64,000 bases of DNA, taken from the NCBI GenBank assembly GCA_023261695.1, contig JAHFON010000003.1:6682-70681 (forward strand), read 5' to 3'. Positions 60,801 to 64,000 of this stretch are shown piece after piece; the stretch's first letter is position 1; each line of letters opens with the position of its first letter. Under the pieces are notes generated by a model that saw only the letters and a list, made by a program, of their open reading frames with translations, was not told where the DNA came from and ran no database searches. This DNA is from Candidatus Moraniibacteriota bacterium. GTDB lineage: Bacteria; Patescibacteriota; Minisyncoccia; Moranbacterales; UBA1568. A program made the translations under genes and the position numbers.

Positions 60801-60830
60801 CTTTCCCTCCTCTTCTCTTTGGATGTGTTA

Positions 60831-60879
60831 AACCGCTACCGGATTTTCACGAGGTTTCGTGAGTTATCCGATAGCGGTT
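60831..60879. repeat. 49-bp nested-palindrome element, copy 2
   Basis: Exact copy of 60169-60217 in the same orientation. Confidence 0.9.
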
Positions 60880-60905
60880 GGTTCCATCTCCTCTCTCGTT
60901 AGAAA

Positions 60906-61076
60906 TCAGAAATATGTGCGGCCTGGTGGCTTTGGTGTTAATTCTTCCTGTTCCTGTACCACGTGCCGTGCGGAAAATCTTTTGTAATCCTTGTATATCG
61001 TTGACCATCCTAAGACGGCCAAAGATACCACAACTCCGATTGCCAATAATTTAACAAACGTCCAGACCTCATTCAT
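60906..61076 (-). CDS. Small (56 aa) single-TM protein, below the ORF-track cutoff
   Basis: Strong RBS gggaggg 7 nt upstream of ATG (minus), TM helix FVKLLAIGVVVSLAVLGW. Confidence 0.3.
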   Translation of the reverse strand: MNEVWTFVKLLAIGVVVSLAVLGWSTIYKDYKRFSARHVVQEQEELTPKPPGRTYF

Positions 61077-61326
61077 TTCTCGCCCTCCCAGTTAAATGTT
61101 AGATTTTTAAGGTTACATCATTAGAATTGTTTAGATTATACATCCTTTTATCGTCATTGTCAATAGTGCGGAAAGGGCTGTTTTTTGGTAGTATGGAGAA
61201 GTATTTTTGGTGTCATCCCGATTGAAGTTCGCCAAAAGCGGACAAGTGGAAGGATCTGTTTTGTAAAAACACAGAGTCCTCGGTTCGCGGGCTCGCCCGG
61301 AATGGCAGCTTGAAGTTTTTATTTAT

Positions 61327-62568
61327 ATGCAACATAACATTCTCAAAAAATCCGACAAGGAAATATACCGGGCGCTATTGGGAGAGGAGAGGCGCCAAAA
61401 GGAAGGTTTGGAAATGATCGCGTCGGAAAATTATGTATCCGTTGCGGTACTGGAAGCGCTTGGCACCGTGTTTACCAACAAATACTCTGAAGGTTATCCG
61501 GGTAGGCGGTATTACGGCGGGCAGGAATTTACGGACGCGGTGGAGACGCTGGCGATCGCGCGCGCCAAGAAATTGTTTGGCGCGGAACATGCGAACGTTC
61601 AGCCGCTCTCGGGAGCTTCTGCAAATCTGGCGGCTTACGCGGCGATACTGAAACCGGGCGATACGGTTCTGGGAATGGACCTTTCGCATGGCGGACATTT
61701 GACGCACGGCCATCCCGTAACACTCTCCGCGCAAATTTATCGCTTCGTGCGTTACAAGACGGAACCGGATGGCAGTCTTGATTACAAAAAACTTGAAACT
61801 CTAGCGAAAAAAGAAAAGCCGCGTTTAATTTTAGCCGGATTTTCTGCTTATACGCGCCAATTGGACTATGCCAAGTTTTCCGCTATTGCCAAAAAGGCGC
61901 AAGCGTACTCTATGATGGATATGGCGCACATTGCCGGACTGGTGGCGGGCAAAGCGCTTCCCAATCCGATTCCGTATTTTGACATTGTTACCACCACGAC
62001 GCACAAGACGCTTCGCGGACCGCGCGGCGGAGTGATTTTTTGCAAACAAGAATTGGCACAGGCCATTGATAAATCTGTTTTCCCGGGACTGCAGGGAGGT
62101 CCGCATATGCACATCATTGCGGCCAAAGCCGTGGCTTTTGGAGAAGCGCTTAAGCCCGCTTTCAAAAAATACGCCGAGCAAACACTCAAAAATGCCAAAG
62201 CGCTGGAAAAAGAATTAGCCAAACACAGTTACAAAATTGTTTTCGGCGGGACGGACAATCATATGATACTGGTGGATGTTTTTGCGACACTTCAGATTTC
62301 CGGCAAAGAAGCCGAGCGTGCGCTGGACACGGTCGGGATTACGGTGAACAAAAATATGATTCCCGATGACACGCGCAGTCCGCTTGATCCATCGGGCATT
62401 CGGATCGGCGTGCCGGCGATTACAACGCGGGGAATGAGAGAAAAAGAAGTGCGGCAATTGGCGCGCGTTATAGACAAAACGCTCCGTCAGCGCGATGACC
62501 AAAAGACATTAAAACAATTGCGGGAGGAAGTGAAAAAACTTTGTAAAAAATTTCCCATATATCACTGA
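61327..62568 (+). CDS. glyA: Serine hydroxymethyltransferase
   Basis: Full-length SHMT: IASENYVS, PLP-Lys region TTTHKTLRGPRGG. Confidence 0.95.
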   Translation: MQHNILKKSDKEIYRALLGEERRQKEGLEMIASENYVSVAVLEALGTVFTNKYSEGYPGRRYYGGQEFTDAVETLAIARAKKLFGAEHANVQPLSGASANLAAYAAILKPGDTVLGMDLSHGGHLTHGHPVTLSAQIYRFVRYKTEPDGSLDYKKLETLAKKEKPRLILAGFSAYTRQLDYAKFSAIAKKAQAYSMMDMAHIAGLVAGKALPNPIPYFDIVTTTTHKTLRGPRGGVIFCKQELAQAIDKSVFPGLQGGPHMHIIAAKAVAFGEALKPAFKKYAEQTLKNAKALEKELAKHSYKIVFGGTDNHMILVDVFATLQISGKEAERALDTVGITVNKNMIPDDTRSPLDPSGIRIGVPAITTRGMREKEVRQLARVIDKTLRQRDDQKTLKQLREEVKKLCKKFPIYH

Positions 62569-62612
62569 CGATGACTCGTGTATTCGTAGATTATTTGTAA
62601 TTTGTATTTTGT

Positions 62613-63407
62613 ATGAAAGGAATAATTTTAGCCGGAGGCACTGGCACGCGGCTTTTGCCGCTGACAGCGGTGACTTCCAAACAGCTTCTGCCGGTGTATG
62701 ATCGGCCAATGATATTTTACCCGCTCAATACTCTGATCAAGGCTGGCATCAAGGATATTTTGGTGATTGTGACGCCGGAACACTCGGGAGACTTTTTGAA
62801 CCTTTTGGGATCTTTGTTGCGGAAGTTTGGCATCAATGTTTCTTTCATTGTCCAGCCTGCGCCGCGCGGTTTGGCTGAAGCATATGTTTTAGCGGAGGAT
62901 TTTTTAGACGACGCATCATCCACGCTTATTTTAGGCGACAATATTTTTGAGGACGATTTTGCGGAGGCGATACAAACATTTACCGGAGGCGGGCGGATTT
63001 TTGCCAAAGAGGTCGCTGACCCTGAGCGTTTTGGCGTGGTAGAATTCAATGGTGATTATCAGGTGCTTTCCATTGAAGAAAAACCGGAAAGGCCGCGCAG
63101 TCGTTTTGCCATCCCGGGTATTTATATTTTTGACAATACCGCGGTTGCGATAGCGAAAGGGCTTGCGCCTTCGCCGCGCGGTGAATTGGAAATTACCGAT
63201 TTACACAAACATTATCTGGGCGAGCAATCGTTGGATGTGCGCGTTATTCGCGGAGCGTGGTTTGATGCCGGAACCCACGAGGCGCTTTTTGAGGCGGGGG
63301 CGTACGCCAAGGAGCATAATTTTGCCAGCAATTTTCATCCGATGTTGAATGATGCCATCCGAGAATTTAACGTGGAATTCAAGAAAACTATTTCTCTTAA
63401 AAAATAA
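62613..63407 (+). CDS. rfbA: Glucose-1-phosphate thymidylyltransferase
   Basis: MKGIILAGGTGTRLLPLT. Confidence 0.9.
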   Translation: MKGIILAGGTGTRLLPLTAVTSKQLLPVYDRPMIFYPLNTLIKAGIKDILVIVTPEHSGDFLNLLGSLLRKFGINVSFIVQPAPRGLAEAYVLAEDFLDDASSTLILGDNIFEDDFAEAIQTFTGGGRIFAKEVADPERFGVVEFNGDYQVLSIEEKPERPRSRFAIPGIYIFDNTAVAIAKGLAPSPRGELEITDLHKHYLGEQSLDVRVIRGAWFDAGTHEALFEAGAYAKEHNFASNFHPMLNDAIREFNVEFKKTISLKK

Positions 63408-63419
63408 TTGAATTAATTT

Positions 63420-64000
63420 ATGCAAACTAATCCGCCGAGAAAAATAAAAAAAGCCATTCTGCCCGTAGCCGGATTCGGGACGCGGTTTTTACCCGCCACC
63501 AAGGCGCAACCCAAAGAGATGTTACCGATCGTGGACAAGCCGGTGGTGCAATATCTGGTGGAAGAAGCCGTAGCCGCCGGCATTGAAGAAATTATTTTTG
63601 TGACCGGTCGAGGCAAGCGGGCGATTGAAGATCACTTTGACGTTTCGTATGAATTGGAGAGCACTTTGGTTGAAAAGAACAAACACGACTTGTTGGACAC
63701 GGTGCAGAAAATTTCCGGACTGGCTAGATTTTCTTATGTGCGTCAGCCGGTGCCGCTCGGAGACGGGCACGCGCTTTTGCAGGCCGCGCATCTGGTAGAT
63801 GATGACGAATCAGTAGCCGTGGTTTTTGGCGATTGCATTTATGATAGCGCCACGCCGGCTATCGGTCAGTTGATTGAGGCTTATGAAGAGTTTCGCGCTC
63901 CAATTATCGGTATGGCCAGCGTGGAACATTCTGAAGTATCTAAATTTGGCGTGATTGACGGAAAGCCTGTGGATGAGAAGCACTGGAAAATATCGCGTAT
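63420..64000 (+). CDS. galU: UTP-glucose-1-phosphate uridylyltransferase, 3'-partial (runs off window)
   Basis: KAILPVAGFGTRFLPATKAQPKEMLPIVDKP. No stop before window end, so absent from the track. Confidence 0.8.
   Translation, partial: MQTNPPRKIKKAILPVAGFGTRFLPATKAQPKEMLPIVDKPVVQYLVEEAVAAGIEEIIFVTGRGKRAIEDHFDVSYELESTLVEKNKHDLLDTVQKISGLARFSYVRQPVPLGDGHALLQAAHLVDDDESVAVVFGDCIYDSATPAIGQLIEAYEEFRAPIIGMASVEHSEVSKFGVIDGKPVDEKHWKISR

Noticed and set aside
1-64000. Search for tRNA, rRNA and CRISPR arrays in the intergenic spacers
   Set aside because: No cloverleaf-compatible segment with a GTTC-type T-loop, no rRNA-like stretch and no regularly spaced direct repeats were seen. The only exact repeats are the 59-bp uvrA-end duplication and the 49-bp palindromic pair.

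Overview
This is a dense bacterial chromosomal window of about 50% GC with short intergenic spacers, many ATGA/4-nt gene overlaps, and a gene repertoire reminiscent of small-genome (CPR-like) bacteria.

No rRNA, tRNA or CRISPR array was seen. The ORF track uses some TTG/GTG starts, so several CDS starts were moved to the first in-frame ATG with an RBS.

Core housekeeping gene blocks, in order:
- Replication and translation genes: miaA, dnaE, gyrB, ribosomal protein L25.
- A nucleotide-excision-repair neighbourhood: uvrB, a YdjC-like deacetylase, a short uvrA paralog, a short uvrC, and a second full-length uvrA.
- A type IV pilus-like cluster: pilC, two prepilin-like proteins, pilM, pilN, pilO.
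- RNA-modification and repair genes: rlmN, miaB-like, xth, rarA.
- A frameshifted pepA.
- The start of the dcw cluster: mraZ, rsmH, ftsL-like, ftsI, and a truncated Mur-ligase-like gene.
- glyA and dTDP-rhamnose/UDP-glucose genes: rfbC, rfbB, rfbD, rfbA, and a partial galU.

Three segments look accessory or foreign:
- A 3.9-kb block of membrane/surface protein genes (18.2-22.1 kb) is bracketed by a 59-bp exact direct repeat that duplicates the 3' end of uvrA.
- A two-gene operon (24.1-27.4 kb) has atypical codon usage and encodes an HD-domain phosphohydrolase plus a cobalamin-binding radical SAM enzyme. Its architecture resembles the OxsA/OxsB oxetanocin pair. It is driven by a near-consensus sigma70 promoter and closed by a strong terminator.
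- A markedly AT-rich island (50.3-56.0 kb) interrupts the dcw cluster just after the truncated Mur-ligase-like gene. It carries a Cys-rich small protein, a 1028-aa asparagine-synthetase (class II GATase) with a ~490-aa C-terminal extension that includes a putative substrate-binding-like region, and a second B12-binding radical SAM enzyme, and is followed by an IS481-like DDE transposase.

Other notable structures are a 49-bp nested-palindromic element present twice around a small secreted-protein gene, MraZ-box-like GTGGG repeats just downstream of the mraZ promoter, and a duplicated uvrA.
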